DNA of 63,936 bases, counting the filler, from Octopus bimaculoides (Eukaryota): the NCBI RefSeq assembly GCF_001194135.2. It is 5 parts of 4 records of this genome, joined end to end, with 100 filler letters (N's around TTAATTAATTAA, not from the genome) between each part and the next. Parts side by side here need not be neighbours in the genome. Positions count along the whole stretch, not along the records: positions 47,257 to 60,756 come from NC_068981.1; positions 60,857 to 62,519 come from NC_068997.1; positions 62,620 to 63,936 come from NC_068982.1; 2 more parts are not named here. The stretch is one strand, 5' to 3'. This document shows, one piece after another, positions 51,657-63,936 of the stretch. The number at the start of each line of letters is the position of its first letter. Within the stretch, counting starts at the first letter, position 1. A model generated the notes under the pieces. That model saw only the letters and a list, made by a program, of their open reading frames with translations, was not told the origin of the DNA and made no database searches. Made by a program: the position numbers and the translations under genes.

Positions 51657-51920
51657 GTGTGTGTGTGTGTGTATATATATATATTTATATATATATATGT
51701 ATGTGTGTGTGTATATGTTTGTGTGTCTGTGTTTGTCCCTCCAACATCACTTGACAACAGATGCTGGTGTGTTTACGTCCCTGTAACTTAGTGGTTCGGC
51801 AAAAGTTACTGATAGAATAAATACTAGGCTTGTAAAAAATAAATCCTGGGGTCAATTTGCTTGATTAAAGGCGGTGCTCCAGCATGGCCACAGTCAAATG
51901 ACTGAAACGAGTAAAAGAGT
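51065..51920 (+). mobile_element. Decayed family C SINE (~51065-51290) and full-length family A SINE (~51405-51920) with ~160-bp (TA/TG) spacer
   Basis: gagttcaaacttcactg..caactttgcc; and the complete family A head, body, spacer and 3' module ending gactgaaacgagtaaaagag. Confidence 0.82.
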
Positions 51921-52289
51921 ATATGCATACTCACAAATCAAAATTCAGAAAATGTAATTGTATTTTTAAGCTTTGCATAACATATGTGCATTTCCACCAT
52001 CTGATCGACCCACTTCCTTAGTATTAGCAGCAAAAAAATGCAACATGGTGTTTTTACATGCCCTTATATATCTTAGTCATGCTGAAGAAAAATAAAGACC
52101 TGATGGATATACACACACACACAGAGAAAAATTTCATTTATATCTACACTTTCATATACACATGCATGTATTTGCACACACATACATACATATCAATCAG
52201 AGTGTAATGGACAAAATGAGATAGAAGTAATAATAAAAACTTCAGTGACTAGCATATATCAAGCAATGAAAGTAAAATAGTAGATGTGA

Positions 52290-52380
52290 ATTCAAAACAT
52301 CTAAGCTGAGCCTTTAGGATCTTGACTTCAATACTTGTAGAGTTGACTCTATCCAAGACTGTCAGTTTGGAGATGTCAAT
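52290..52380 (-). mobile_element. Short RTE-BovB-like fragment
   Basis: Minus strand ISKLTVLDRVNSTSIEVKILKAQLR; nucleotide match to 54820-54890. Confidence 0.7.
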
Positions 52381-52781
52381 AAGCATTTTTATGACATGGT
52401 AACAATTCTGACAGCTTGCCACCTTTATATNNNNNNNNNNNNNNNNNNNNNNNNNNNNNNNNNNNNNNNNNNNNNNNNNNNNNNNNNNNNNNNNNNNNNN
52501 NNNNNNNNNNNNNNNNNNNNNNNNNNNNNNNNNNNNNNNNNNNNNNNNNNNNNNNNNNNNNNNNNNNNNNNNNNNNNNNNNNNNNNNNNNNNNNNNNNNN
52601 NNNNNNNNNNNNNNNNNNNNNNNNNNNNNNNNNNNNNNNNNNNNNNNNNNNNNNNNNNNNNNNNNNNNNNNNNNNNNNNNTAGTATATATATATATATAT
52701 AGGGTAACAAATATTTTTACAAATTTCACTACCAGTGGCCTAGCATGTATAAAAAGTCAATAGACGACATATTATTCAATA

Positions 52782-53140
52782 TAAAATAGTGTACATTTAA
52801 ACAGAAGAGAAATTACCTATAACAGCCAATTTCTACATGCTAGGAGACAGTCAAAACATCTGAAAACCACAAAATGGGCCACGTGCTATTTGTCTCATAA
52901 TTATAGGTTAGCCTTGGATGACTCGGTTACTGATGAGAATTTGCCTAGTAAACTATTTTATTTACTAAAAAATTTGAAACCTATAGGTATAACCATAAAA
53001 ACAAGGTAAAAGTTTTAATCTTTTCATTCCCTTTGAAATTGCTTAAATTTTGTGGTTTTTGGTCGTTTTGACTGCCAACTAGCGTATAGAAATTGCCTGT
53101 TATAGGTAATTTCTCTTGTGTTTAAATGTACACTATTTTA
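52782..53140. mobile_element. Unclassified foldback MITE with ~94-bp TIRs
   Basis: 52782-52875 (taaaatagtgtacatttaaacagaagagaaattacctataacag...) is the reverse complement of 53047-53140 with scattered mismatches. Confidence 0.8.
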
Positions 53141-53144
53141 GATA

Positions 53145-53196
<52 letters not shown>

Positions 53197-53204
53197 ATAA
53201 TAAT

Positions 53205-53775
53205 AGTTTCAAATTTTGCCACAAGAACAGCAATTCTGGGGTGGTGGGGATGAGTCAATTACATCAACCTCAGTGTTCAATTAGTACTTATTTTATTGAA
53301 AAGATGAAAGGTGAAGTTGATCTTGGCAGAATTTGAACTCAGAACAGAGCGATGGGTGAAATACAGCTAAGCATTTTGTCCAGTATGCTAACGATTCTGT
53401 GCGCTTGCCACCTTATATATTATACTAACAGAGATACCTGGCCTTGCTCGGGATTAAAATGGCATAGATTTTTATTGCTTTACTTGTTTCAGTCATGTGA
53501 CTGCGGCCATGGTGGAACACCGCCGTTGGTTGAAGAAATCAACCACAGGATTTATTCTCTGTAAGCGTAGTACCCATTGTGTCAGTGTCTTTTACCAAAC
53601 CGCTAAGTTACAGGAATGTAAACACAGCAACATCAGTTGTCAAGCAATGGTGGGGGTACAAACACAAGACACAGGCACACACATATACAAATATACACAT
53701 ATATACGACAGTCTTCTTTCAGTTTCCGAGTAAGAAATCCACTGAAGATTTTGGTCAGCGTGAGGCTATAGTAAG
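53205..53775 (-). mobile_element. Family C SINE (~53205-53415) and family A SINE (~53478-53775), both reverse
   Basis: gatgaaaggtgaagttgatcttggcagaatttgaactcagaac; and cttgtttcagtcatgtgactgcggccatg...cagtttccgag. Confidence 0.7.
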
Positions 53776-54419
53776 CATATATATATATATATATAATTGG
53801 AAAACATAAAGTTTCGTAACATTGTTTACAAAATAATCCAGTAAAAAGACGATATTGAAAGAATCTGTTGTTTCTCTGTCTCTCTATCTGTTTACACCAC
53901 AGGTAGAAGGGGACTGAACTCATGTTTGCAAATAATGGCGATTTGAAAATTGTTAGAATTGATGGTTTTAAATTATTTTTAATGCAAAAATTCACGTGTT
54001 CGGAAGCAACCAAAAAAAAAAAAAAAAANNNNNNNNNNNNNNNNNNNNNNNNNNNNNNNNNNNNNNNNNNNNNNNNNNNNNNNNNNNNNNNNNNNNNNNN
54101 NNNNNNNNNNNNNNNNNNNNNNNNNNNNNNNNNNNNNNNNNNNNNNNNNNNNNNNNNNNNNNNNNNNNNNNNNNNNNNNNNNNNNNNNNNNNNNNNNNNN
54201 NNNNNNNNNNNNNNNNNNNNNNNNNNNNNNNNNNNNNNNNNNNNNNNNNNNNNNNNNNNNNNNNNNNNNNNNNNNNNNNNNNNNNNNCGATTCCGGGCAT
54301 TTTCGACCATGAGGAATCCATTGGTGTGACTCCCAGATTGCTATCTTGTAAGGTGTGGATTTCTATAGATGCAACACACACACACACACACACGAGCTAT
54401 ACTATAGTTATAGATAATA

Positions 54420-57330
54420 ATCATAGTCTTTCAAGTCCATAAAGGATGATTGTGTTGTTTGGTCAATATCAGTGAATGTGCATGTGACTTCTTAGGCAGA
54501 AGTCAGATGCACAAGTCAAGCAAAGAACACCGCTTGTTTGGAAAGGAGTGAATGCCTTTCTGTGTCTCTTATGACTTGTCCAAAGGTGCTTTATACATCA
54601 GTCAGTTTGGAAGTTGTTTGTTGCCTTGGAGCATAGGTTGTGCCACTAGTTTGGTCAGCCATGGTATTCTTGAGATTGCACAGCTAGAGTTCAGCCTACT
54701 TTAAGTTGGACCTCTTCCTTGGGTGACCAAAAACATGACTGTCACTCTCTAGTTTTCTCTAGAATAACTATCGCTGCATCCTCAATTTATCTATGCAGTT
54801 CACACGGTTGGTCCATCCAAGCTGAGCCTTTAGGAGCTTGGCTTTAATACTTGTAGAGTTGACTTTATCCATGACTGTCAGGTTAGAGATGCAGTCCTGC
54901 CAATGGATTCTCATAATTAATCATAGAGAGTGGTTGTGAAACTGTTTCAGTTGTTTGATATGTCTGCAGTACACTATCCATGTTTCACATCCATGTAGGA
55001 ATGATAAGAGCATGACAGCATTGTAAACTTTCAGCTTAAACTTTGACCCAGAGCCTTCTTAGTGCTTGGCTTGCTTTCTAGATTTTTGATATGATTTCTC
55101 CATCAAAGGCACCTTTGCTGGAGATGGTACTTCCCTGGTATTGGAAACTATCAATGTCTTGTGTTATGTGTCATCAATACTTATATGTGGCTATGGTAGG
55201 CTGCTGTTAAATGCAGGTTGAAGGAGAGCCTCTATTTTACTGAGTTGGATTTTTCAAGCTAAACAACCTAGATGCAGTGGAGAATTGGTTTTTTTGAAGA
55301 TTATTTTCTTGGAATCCATGAGTGCACAGTCATCTGCAAAGAGCACTTCATTGATAAGCCTGTAGAGGGTCTGTGTGTGTGCTGCAAGACAATGCAGGTA
55401 AAAAAGTGAGCCATCCAGACAATATTTGATGTAAATGCCCAGATTTAAATTTTTGATAGAATGTAATAGAACTTAGGTGAAGAAGAGATTAAAAAGCACT
55501 TGTGCAAACACTCAGTCCTGTTTAACACCATTGGAGCTATCTAAACTCTCACCAGGCTCATCTGTTGAGAACATCTCTCCAGTCATGTTATCATAGAAGA
55601 GACATGATGTTGGTGAATTTTAGTGGGTATCATAATTTCCTGAGATTAATTCAGAGGGCTTTTCTGTTGATCATGTCGAACGCCTTTGTCAGATCAATAA
55701 AAACAAAGTACAAGTTTATATTCTGCTCTTGATATTTTTCCTGCATCTATCTAATAGGGAAGATCATATCTATGATACCGCATTGCAATTCAGGGAAATG
55801 TTTTTGGACACTGTTGAAATAAGTCTATTAAAGAAAATGCAGGCCAGAATTCTACCAGCAATGGAAAGTAGGGAGATGCCTCAGTAGTTCCTGCAGTTCT
55901 TATAGAGAGCAACTATTGCAGTGTCTTGAACGTTGGGTAGCATTTCTTTTTTTTCTAGACACTGACCATGACATCCTGAATACTTTGAGGAACTCCTGGT
56001 CTAGGGCTTTGTACATTTCTGTGGGAATGTTGTTGCGAGGCACTTAGCCACTGCTCATTTTCTTTATGACTGATTTGACATCAAACAAGGAAGGCAAGTC
56101 ATTGAAGGATCTAGTCAACAGTAGAGGGTCAGTTCAGAAGTTGGCTGAAGTGTTCTTTTCATGCTTTGTTTGTCTTTGGTGAGCAAGGTTGCATTTGCTG
56201 AGAGCATAAGAGCTACACTTGATTTTGAGGGACCAAAGACAGACTTGATGACATTGTAGAACTACTTAGAGTTATTTGTGTCAGTGAAAGTTTGAACTTC
56301 ACCATCATTTTACTCCACAATGAGTCACATATTGCATGGATTTCTCTCTGAGCGAGAGTCTGATAGGACTTGAATCTGTTGTTTTTGTGGATGGAGCTCT
56401 AGCCATCCTGCCATTCTTTGAATGCCTTTTCTGCTCCTTACGTGACTTTTGTAATGATAACATCTTGGATGTCACACTGGTAGATGATGCCATAGTCAAT
56501 CAGGTGCCATTGTTTAGGTCTGAGGTACATCCATGTTATTAACTTGTTAGTCATTCTAAACATTGTGTCTTTTAAATTGCTAGGTCATGTACCACACAAT
56601 TGGTGAGGAGGAGAAGACCATTGCTGTTCAGCTTCCCAACATTATGTCTGCTGAGCATTCCATCCTACTTTTCATGGTCTTGATCAATTTTATCAAGATT
56701 TGCTTATCACTGACTGGCATTGAACATAAGGTTGAATCCAGGTCAGTGCAAAACTGCTCTGTGATTTCTATGGTCAAGGTAAGGACATATGTGCTGATAA
56801 TAATTGTAAGATGGTGTTGACTGTAGCTTCATCAGTCTTCCACTGATGCTGATGGGAAAATCGTAGAAGTGTTTCATTAGGCTACCCCATATAGTGAAGC
56901 CTACTCCTTGAATCCTGTCTTTGTTTTGTGCTCTCCTTCATAATCACTGTCAATTTCATTGAGAAAACTTTCATTTGCAAGCCTGATTTCAACCAGTGTT
57001 ACAATGTTTATACTATACTGAGTAAGTTCTTAGCCTAAGAGAGCTGTTCTTTGAAGCCTAGTTTCATTTTCATAGTCCAGTAAAGTATGGATATTCCAGG
57101 CTCCTAGAAGTTTCTTAATCTTTTTCAACCACATATTTGGCTGATCTGTAAGTCACAGTTAACTGGCCAGATGGTGTAGGGCAGGTGATTTTTATGCCAC
57201 CTTTCTAGGCCCTCTCTGATTACAGGATGTACAGCACTGGCCTAAAACATGCTGCCCAGTCACCCTGGATGCTGCTAGACTCTTTCTCTACTCTGTGTTC
57301 AGAGAAGATTGACCACTTGTTCAAGGGTCA
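54420..57330 (-). mobile_element. Nearly full-length, heavily decayed RTE-BovB-like LINE (APE + RT)
   Basis: Minus strand gives RTALLG*ELTQYSINIVTLVEIRL (APE), DMIFPIR*MQEKYQEQNINLYFVFIDLTKAFD and VLFADDCAL (55321-55345). Many stops and frameshifts. Confidence 0.88.
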
Positions 57331-57437
57331 CCTACATGCAAGTTTATAGTTGCAACTCAGTAGTCACCTCCACCTGCTGTTTCATTGCTCTCCCTTCATC
57401 GCTGGAGTTAGGAAACAAAGGAGTCATAAGTGTGTGA

Positions 57438-57828
57438 AAATATCACAATGTTGGGGCAAGCGAAAGCGAAATCGTGACGGCACCTGTGCCCAGCGTCGCT
57501 TTCCTGGCACTTGTGCCGGTGCCACATGTAAAGACATTCGAGCAAGATCATTGCCAGTGCCGCTGGACTGGCTCCTGTGCAGGTGGCATGTAAAATACAC
57601 CATTTTGAGCGTGGCCGTTGCCAGTACCGCCTGACTGGCCTTCGTGCCGGTGGCATGTAAAAGCACCCACTACATTCTCGGAGTGGTTGGCGTTAGGAAG
57701 GGCATCCAGCTGTAGTAACTCTGCCAGATCAGATTGGAGCCTGGTGTAGCCATCTGGTTCACCAGTCCTCAGTCAAATCGTCCAACCCATGCTAGCATGG
57801 AAAGCGGGCGTTAAACAATGATGATGAT
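57438..57828 (+). mobile_element. Family D non-autonomous retroelement (RTE-type 3' tail, (GAT)n end), CpG intact
   Basis: Complete collinear copy of the fragments at 19440, 20590 and 20976. Confidence 0.8.
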
Positions 57829-58527
57829 ATATATCATAGATCAGGATTCAAGTGATTCTAGCACTCTAATGGTAAGGCACCAGGTCAGGTTGAAAAATAA
57901 AATGTGTACACAACAAAAATACAGGAATACATAGCTGGGTACCGAAGTAGAAATAGGAAGATATTTAAGTTATGTATATGATTAACTGTACCCAACTGAG
58001 TATATCTATAGCTAATCAAGAAATGCATATTGCATTAAATGTATAGTCCATAATATACTTCGAATCCATGGAAGGAGCAGGTTCTGAGTGTGGTGAATAA
58101 TAAATAAATAACAACAGATGGATAATGTCAATCCACTACAACTGTTTCCAACAAATTCTTTATTGATTAATGGAGACATTACATCATTAGAAAAAACCGT
58201 TTTCAGGTGAATACATAAATTACAATATTAAAAATCATTCAAAAGCCAACGGCATGTGCACCTTGATGCTTCTATGACCCTTGCTGGTCATAGAATGAAT
58301 TTTTTAGTTCAGTTTGGTAGTATTATAGGAGAAAATAATGTAATGTCATGCATGGGTAGGAGGGTAACAAAGATTTATAGCAATGAAGGAGGTTAGAGGT
58401 GGGGTAGAGACGGAATCAAAGCATCTCACCCCTACAACTAAGATAGAGGTAGTTTCTTTTATCTTAATTCTTTTCAACAACTGGTTTTGGGGCTAAGTAC
58501 AGAAGGTAAGATCACCCAGGTTATTTA

Positions 58528-59885
58528 CACTGCATTTCAAATTAATAACAGCATAACATTTATTTTATTCAAAAACCACTTGGAATTCAAAAAATTTCTA
58601 CAAAATGATGGCAACAGTTATATGCATGTGGTGTGTAAAAAATGTGAGGTTTTGCACAAGTGTAAACAAACTGCAGCCATTTGCATGATTTCCATGAACT
58701 TTCAGTGTTCCAAATTATTAACAAGTGGTCTGATAATTGTGTAATTATGGTTTGTAAATGTGACTTAACTGTTTCAGAGAAATTTGTTATTACTTCTGAA
58801 CTTGCAAAAGGTAAATCAGCATTAGAAATAGCTAAAATAATTGAAAGATACCAAACTGTAAAAAATTTGTTACAGCTCCTATAGAGATATGTAAAAGACA
58901 AGGGTCAGTCGAGGGTTGGTTCTTAATGTTCTCTGTCATGAATTAAGTGTGAAGCTCTGAAGAACCCAGGTCCTACAAGTGGAGAGCTTTTCAAGTGCAT
59001 TGGTGAAACAACTGTGTCCAGAACTACCCAATGTCATCTGGAAAAAGTTGGTATACTAGTGACATCAGTTAAAGGGCCTCCTTTATACAAAATCATCTGA
59101 AATGGCAGAAGATAACATGAAGGTCAACTTTTCAAAAGTTTTGGTTAGGGATGAAACTCATGTTACCCTTGATGGACCTGATGGTTGGAGCAAGGGATGG
59201 GTTGTAAATGGATGAGATTGTCATTAACACTTGAGATGCCAACAAAGGAAGAGGAGGTATCATGATTTGGGCAGGTATTATTGGAGGTATTATGGTTGGT
59301 CCTTGGAAAGTGCCAGACAGTGTTAAAATGACTGCGGATGCTTACATAGCCTTTCTGAGGGAACACCTTGAACTTTAGTTAAAAAAGCAAAGGATCACTT
59401 TTAAGACAATCATAATATTCATGCAAGATAATGCACCCTTGCACTCAGTGAAGAAAACCACAGAGTATCTGCAATAATTAGGCTTCTGTGGACCTTGGAA
59501 GATGAAGTGGCCTGCTTGTTCCCCTAACTTTAACCCACTAGAAAACTTGTGGATTATTCTAAAGTGATGAGTTTATGAGAATGGACACCAATTTAACTAT
59601 GGCAGGCAATAGTGGATGTATCTCATGGTATAACATCAGAGGAGATCCAGAAATTAGAATAGCCCATGGACCAGCACCTTTTCCGACTTATTTTAAACAA
59701 AGGCTCATATATCCCTTACTAACCAGCACACAAATCATCTTTGAACCCTGTTTATCTCTTTATTTCTATTTTTTCCATATTTATGACTGTATGTTTTCAT
59801 TTCAGTATGTGCATCATATAATTAAAATAGTATTTTCTTGTTTACATATGTTTTAATTACACCTTACTAATAATTTGAAACAGTG
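58528..59885 (+). mobile_element. Decayed Tc1-like DD37E (TRT-type) transposon
   Basis: TA|CACTG..TTTCAAATTA TIR and the matching TAATTTGAAACAGTG end. MVCKCDLTVSEKFVITSELAKGKSALEIAK HTH start; DETHVTLDGPDGW; MQDNAPLH..37 aa..PLENLW (D 59427, E 59541). Confidence 0.88.
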
Positions 59886-60856
59886 AAAGTTTACATAAAT
59901 TTGGTAAATGGCCATAGTTTCTGTATTGTTCTACAGAACCTCACGCTTTTTTATACACCACACACATATAACTGATACCATCATTCTGTGAAAATTTCAT
60001 TAAATTCCAACGAGTAGTTTTTAAATAATTAAAAAGATGTTATGTCATTAATAATTTGAAACAATGTATATATTTATTTATTTAACAGCATTCTATATGC
60101 ACCCTTTAAGGCCAGAAGGATTATAAAAGAGAAGGACAGTAAGATGCTACAATGAGTGGAGGGTATGAAGAAGAGTGAAAAGTAGTTAAAAATAGTATGA
60201 TAGAATAAAATAAAATAAAATAAGGTAATGTAATAGGATAAAGTACAATAGTGAGTAAAAGATGAATTAGAAAAAAAATTATAATAGTAATAAAAGGGTA
60301 GAATATATAATAACCATAATTCAATAAATAAGTACCTTTGTATGTACATGTGGTGTGTGTCACACTTCAAAGAAGTAGCAAAGCGAGAGAGAGGAGGTAA
60401 GAGAGACACAGAGAGAGAGAAAGAAAGAGAGAGTTAGAGAAAGAGAGAGTGAAAGACACAGTGAGTGGTGATGGCGTTCGTTTTGTGTTTTTAAATGTTT
60501 CAGAGAGGAAGAGAGAGAGAGAGAGAGAGAGTGAAAGAGACAGTGAGTGGTGACAGCGTTTATTTTGTCTTTTTAAATGTTTCAGAGAGGACCTAAGAGA
60601 AAAAGAAAGAGAAAGAGAGAGAGTGAGAGAGACAGTAGATACTTAAATCAGTAGAAACGTACACACCGCAAATATTGAATGTCAATTTCACTTTTGAAGT
60701 GAACAATTCCAGCCAGTGGCAAAGCAACAGGTATATATATATATATATATATATATNNNNNNNNNNNNNNNNNNNNNNNNNNNNNNNNNNNNNNNNNNNN
60801 TTAATTAATTAANNNNNNNNNNNNNNNNNNNNNNNNNNNNNNNNNNNNNNNNNNNN

Positions 60857-60961
60857 GTACTATCCCATCGGTTTCTTTTGGTGAACCGCTATGTTATGGG
60901 GACATAGAGACACCAACAACGGTTTCAAGCGGTGGTGGAGGACTAACACAGACTCTCTCTT

Positions 60962-61026
<65 letters not shown>

Positions 61027-61165
61027 TATATACGACAGGCTTCTTTCAGTTTCCGTCTACTAAATCCACTTACAAGGCTATAGTAGAAGTCACTTTCCCA
61101 AGATGCCACGCAGTGGTACTGAACTCGGAACCATGTGGTTGGGAAGCAAGTTTCTTACCACGCAG
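60857..61165 (-). mobile_element. Family A SINE
   Basis: gtactatcccatcggtttcttttggtgaaccgct... spacer (CT)n(CA)n ... cagtttccgtctactaaatccacttacaaggc. Confidence 0.8.
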
Positions 61166-61509
61166 TCATGCATACGCCTCTACTACATCCGTACCACCAA
61201 AAGAAGAAAGAAAAGAAAAGGGATTTAAATGGTCGTTTTGATTCCTTAGTCTGCTCGATCGGGGTAGATCTGTGATTGAATATACTCTCAGTTCTCATGA
61301 AACAACGCATGATGAAAACCGTCACGAGTCAAAGAGATAGTCTGTATGTAATCTGTGATCTACTAGAAATAGCAGCCAAATCTCTCTCTTTAAAATGGAT
61401 CAACGCTCTTGTTACTAGTCTTCACTTTCTGGATATTATACTAGCAATACGCATAACAAAACAGAGTTTGGTCGTTTTTTTCAAGGTTTGACACCACTGG
61501 AAGATGGAG

Positions 61510-62108
61510 TACAACACATATACAAGGGATACGTTATAAAGCACCTAACTGAAGTGCTGGCAGTGAATTATGGGTTGTAGTGGTGGTGATGGTAGTGGTA
61601 ATGCTAGCAGAGGTTGTAGTGTAAATGGTGACGATGTTCCTTGTGGTAGTATTTACAGTGGTGAAGGCGGCGAGCTGGCAGAAACGTTAGCACGCCGGGC
61701 GAAATGCTTAGCGGTATTTCGTCTGCCGCTACGTTCTGAGTTCAAATTCCGCCGAGGTCGACTTTGCCTTTCATCCTTTCGGGGTCGATAAATTAAGTAC
61801 CAGTTGCGTACTGGGATCGATCTAATCGACTGGCCCCCTCCCCATAAATTTCGGGTCTTGTGACTAGAGTAGAAAAGAATGATGTGTTGTAGCGGTGATA
61901 GCATGAGTGGAAACATTTGCCGTAATTACCTAAGAGTTGTTAATGTTGATGGCGATGGTTGTAATTGTTAGGAGTGGGGGTGTAGTGGTGAGAGGTTAAT
62001 GATGCAGCGTTATAGTTAAAGAGCACGTTGAAGTTTTGGAGGTAGTNNNNNNNNNNTGCAGCGTTATAGTTAAAGAGCACGTTGAAGTTTTGGAGGTAGT
62101 AGAGTAAA

Positions 62109-62140
<32 letters not shown>

Positions 62141-62520
62141 GCGGTGACAGTATTGGTTGTTGTTGTATTGATAGTAGTTGCGTTAGTGGTGAGTGTGTGT
62201 GTGGTGATAATATTGGAGAGGTAGTGGTAGTGGTGTTAGCATTAGGGGGGTGGGGGTGATAATGATGGCGGTGGTGAGGCTAGTAGTAGTAGTAGTAGTA
62301 GTAGTTGCAGTGGTTGTGGTGGTGGTGGCGGCAGTAGCGGTGGTTGTGGTGATAGCGATGGTGATGGTGGTGGTGGTAGTGGTGGTAGTTTTACGGCGAC
62401 AGTGTTGAAGGTGGTTGTGTTAGAAATGGTAGTGGCAGCTGTAGTTTTAAGTTTGTAGTAGTGGTAATAGTATGAGTGGTTGTGATGGCGGGCGGTGGTG
62501 GCGGCGGTGGTGGCGATGGN
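61510..62520. repeat. Cryptic (GGT/AGT/GTT)n trinucleotide-rich tract
   Basis: Interspersed gtagta and ggtggt runs on both sides of the family C SINE. Confidence 0.7.
61646..61878 (+). mobile_element. Young family C tRNA-derived SINE
   Basis: A-box-like tggcagaaacgttag, B-box gagttcaaattcc, twin ggggtcgat motifs; CpGs intact. Confidence 0.85.
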
Positions 62521-62629
62521 NNNNNNNNNNNNNNNNNNNNNNNNNNNNNNNNNNNNNNNNNNNTTAATTAATTAANNNNNNNNNNNNNNNNNNNNNNNNN
62601 NNNNNNNNNNNNNNNNNNNATATATATAT

Positions 62630-62935
62630 GTTGGCACTCCGTCGCTTACGACGTCGAGAGTTCCAGTTGATCCGATCAAAGGAACAGCCTGCTCATGAAA
62701 TTAACGTGCAAGTGGCTGAGCACTCCACAGACACGTCTACCCTTAACATAGTTCTCGGGGATATTCAGCGTGACAAAGTGTGACAAGGCTGACCCTTTGA
62801 ATTACAGGCACAACAGAAACAGGAAGTAAGAGTGGTGAAAGAGTACAGCAGGGTTCGCCACCATCCCTGCCGGAGCCTCGTGGAGCTTTAGGTGTTTTCG
62901 CTCAATAAACACTCACAATGCCCGGTCTGGGAATC
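62630..62935 (-). mobile_element. Family B SINE, 5' part of head missing
   Basis: Near-identical reverse complement of 6660-6985. Confidence 0.88.
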
Positions 62936-63559
62936 TATATGTATATATATAATACTTATTGTATATGGATTTACCTAATCCGGTGGTAATCACAAAGAAA
63001 GCTCCTTTAGTGGGCCAAGCTACAAACCACGTAGTAAACTAATATGTAGGAACATAATGTAGTCCTATGCAGTTGAAATCCAGTAAATCCAACCAGTGAA
63101 GATTATTTGATGTGGAGTATATAGAATATAAAGAAATTTAAGAGGTATGAGATGAATATATTTGTTGCACCAGTTGATATCCATAGGATGACGATCGTTT
63201 CGCGGCACACATCATGAGAAAATAATTTATTTTAGTGTATAATAAATTATTTTATAAGTCTGCTCTAGTGTGTATGCTATAAATTGCATAGCACTATTGT
63301 ACATTTTACAAAACTAATGCAAATATGGAAGGCTAGCCCATCAGCTCAACAGATTATCATGGTTACACCCATTTTCAACTCCAGTATACACATGCAAAAA
63401 AAACATTCTCTTCAAAATGTTAATGTGTAGAAGACAATAATTAATGAAAGAAATTTTCCATACCAGGAAAAAAGGAGATTTCGTAAGATATTAAAAAAAA
63501 AAAACAGTGGGTAGTAGTGATGAAAATGAAGATTATGTATAATCTTTTTCTACTATAAG

Positions 63560-63936
63560 CACAAGGTCTGAAATTTTTGGGGAAGGGGCAAGTCTAATAC
63601 ATCGACTATTGGTACTTAATTTATCGACTTCAAAAGGATGAAAGGCAGAGTCGACCTCGGCGGAATTTGAACTCAGAACGTAGCGGCAGACGAAATACCG
63701 CTAAGCATTTCGGCCGGCGAGCAAACGATTCTGCCAGCTCCCTGCCTTAAAGGCTATAATTAGTCTTCTCTACTCTAGGCACAAGGCTCGAAATTTTTGG
63801 TGAGGGGAGGCAAATCGATTAGATCGACCCCAGTACGCAACTGGTACTTAATTTATCGACCCCGAAAGGATGAAAGGCACTGTCGACCTCGGCAGAATTT
63901 GAACTCAGAACATAAAGACAGACGAAATACCGTTAA
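63560..63936 (-). mobile_element. Two tandem family C SINEs
   Basis: Two consecutive reverse copies of 61646-61878 (~63560-63750 and ~63760 to the window end). Confidence 0.85.

Overview
AT-rich, microsatellite- and SINE-dense animal DNA with many scaffold gaps. The repeat repertoire points to a coleoid cephalopod (octopus-like; this is an inference). One protein-coding gene is supported: the 3' end of an obscurin/UNC-89-like muscle kinase gene on the minus strand. Four exons (46717-46257, 44676-44601, 42791-42642, 38092-36331) splice in frame via GT-AG junctions into about 815 aa. They encode a second kinase domain with pseudokinase signatures (HLNLQPEN, DFT) and a ~540-aa low-complexity tail with two kinds of internal repeat. 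The rest is transposon-derived: several tRNA-derived SINE families, decayed RTE, RTE-BovB and R4/Dong LINEs, a Penelope-like element with inverted flanking repeats, a DD37E Tc1 element, a mariner tail palindrome, and hAT and unclassified MITEs (one built around inverted TTAGGG-like arrays). The most unusual item is a tRNA-headed SINE-like element carrying a Penelope-type minimal hammerhead ribozyme (27.2-27.7 kb). It has an inverted upstream copy of its own 3' part, the same architecture as the Penelope element at 47-50 kb, which suggests a SINE mobilised by Penelope-like machinery. SINE family letters A-E are my own labels; repeat boundaries were placed by eye and are approximate.
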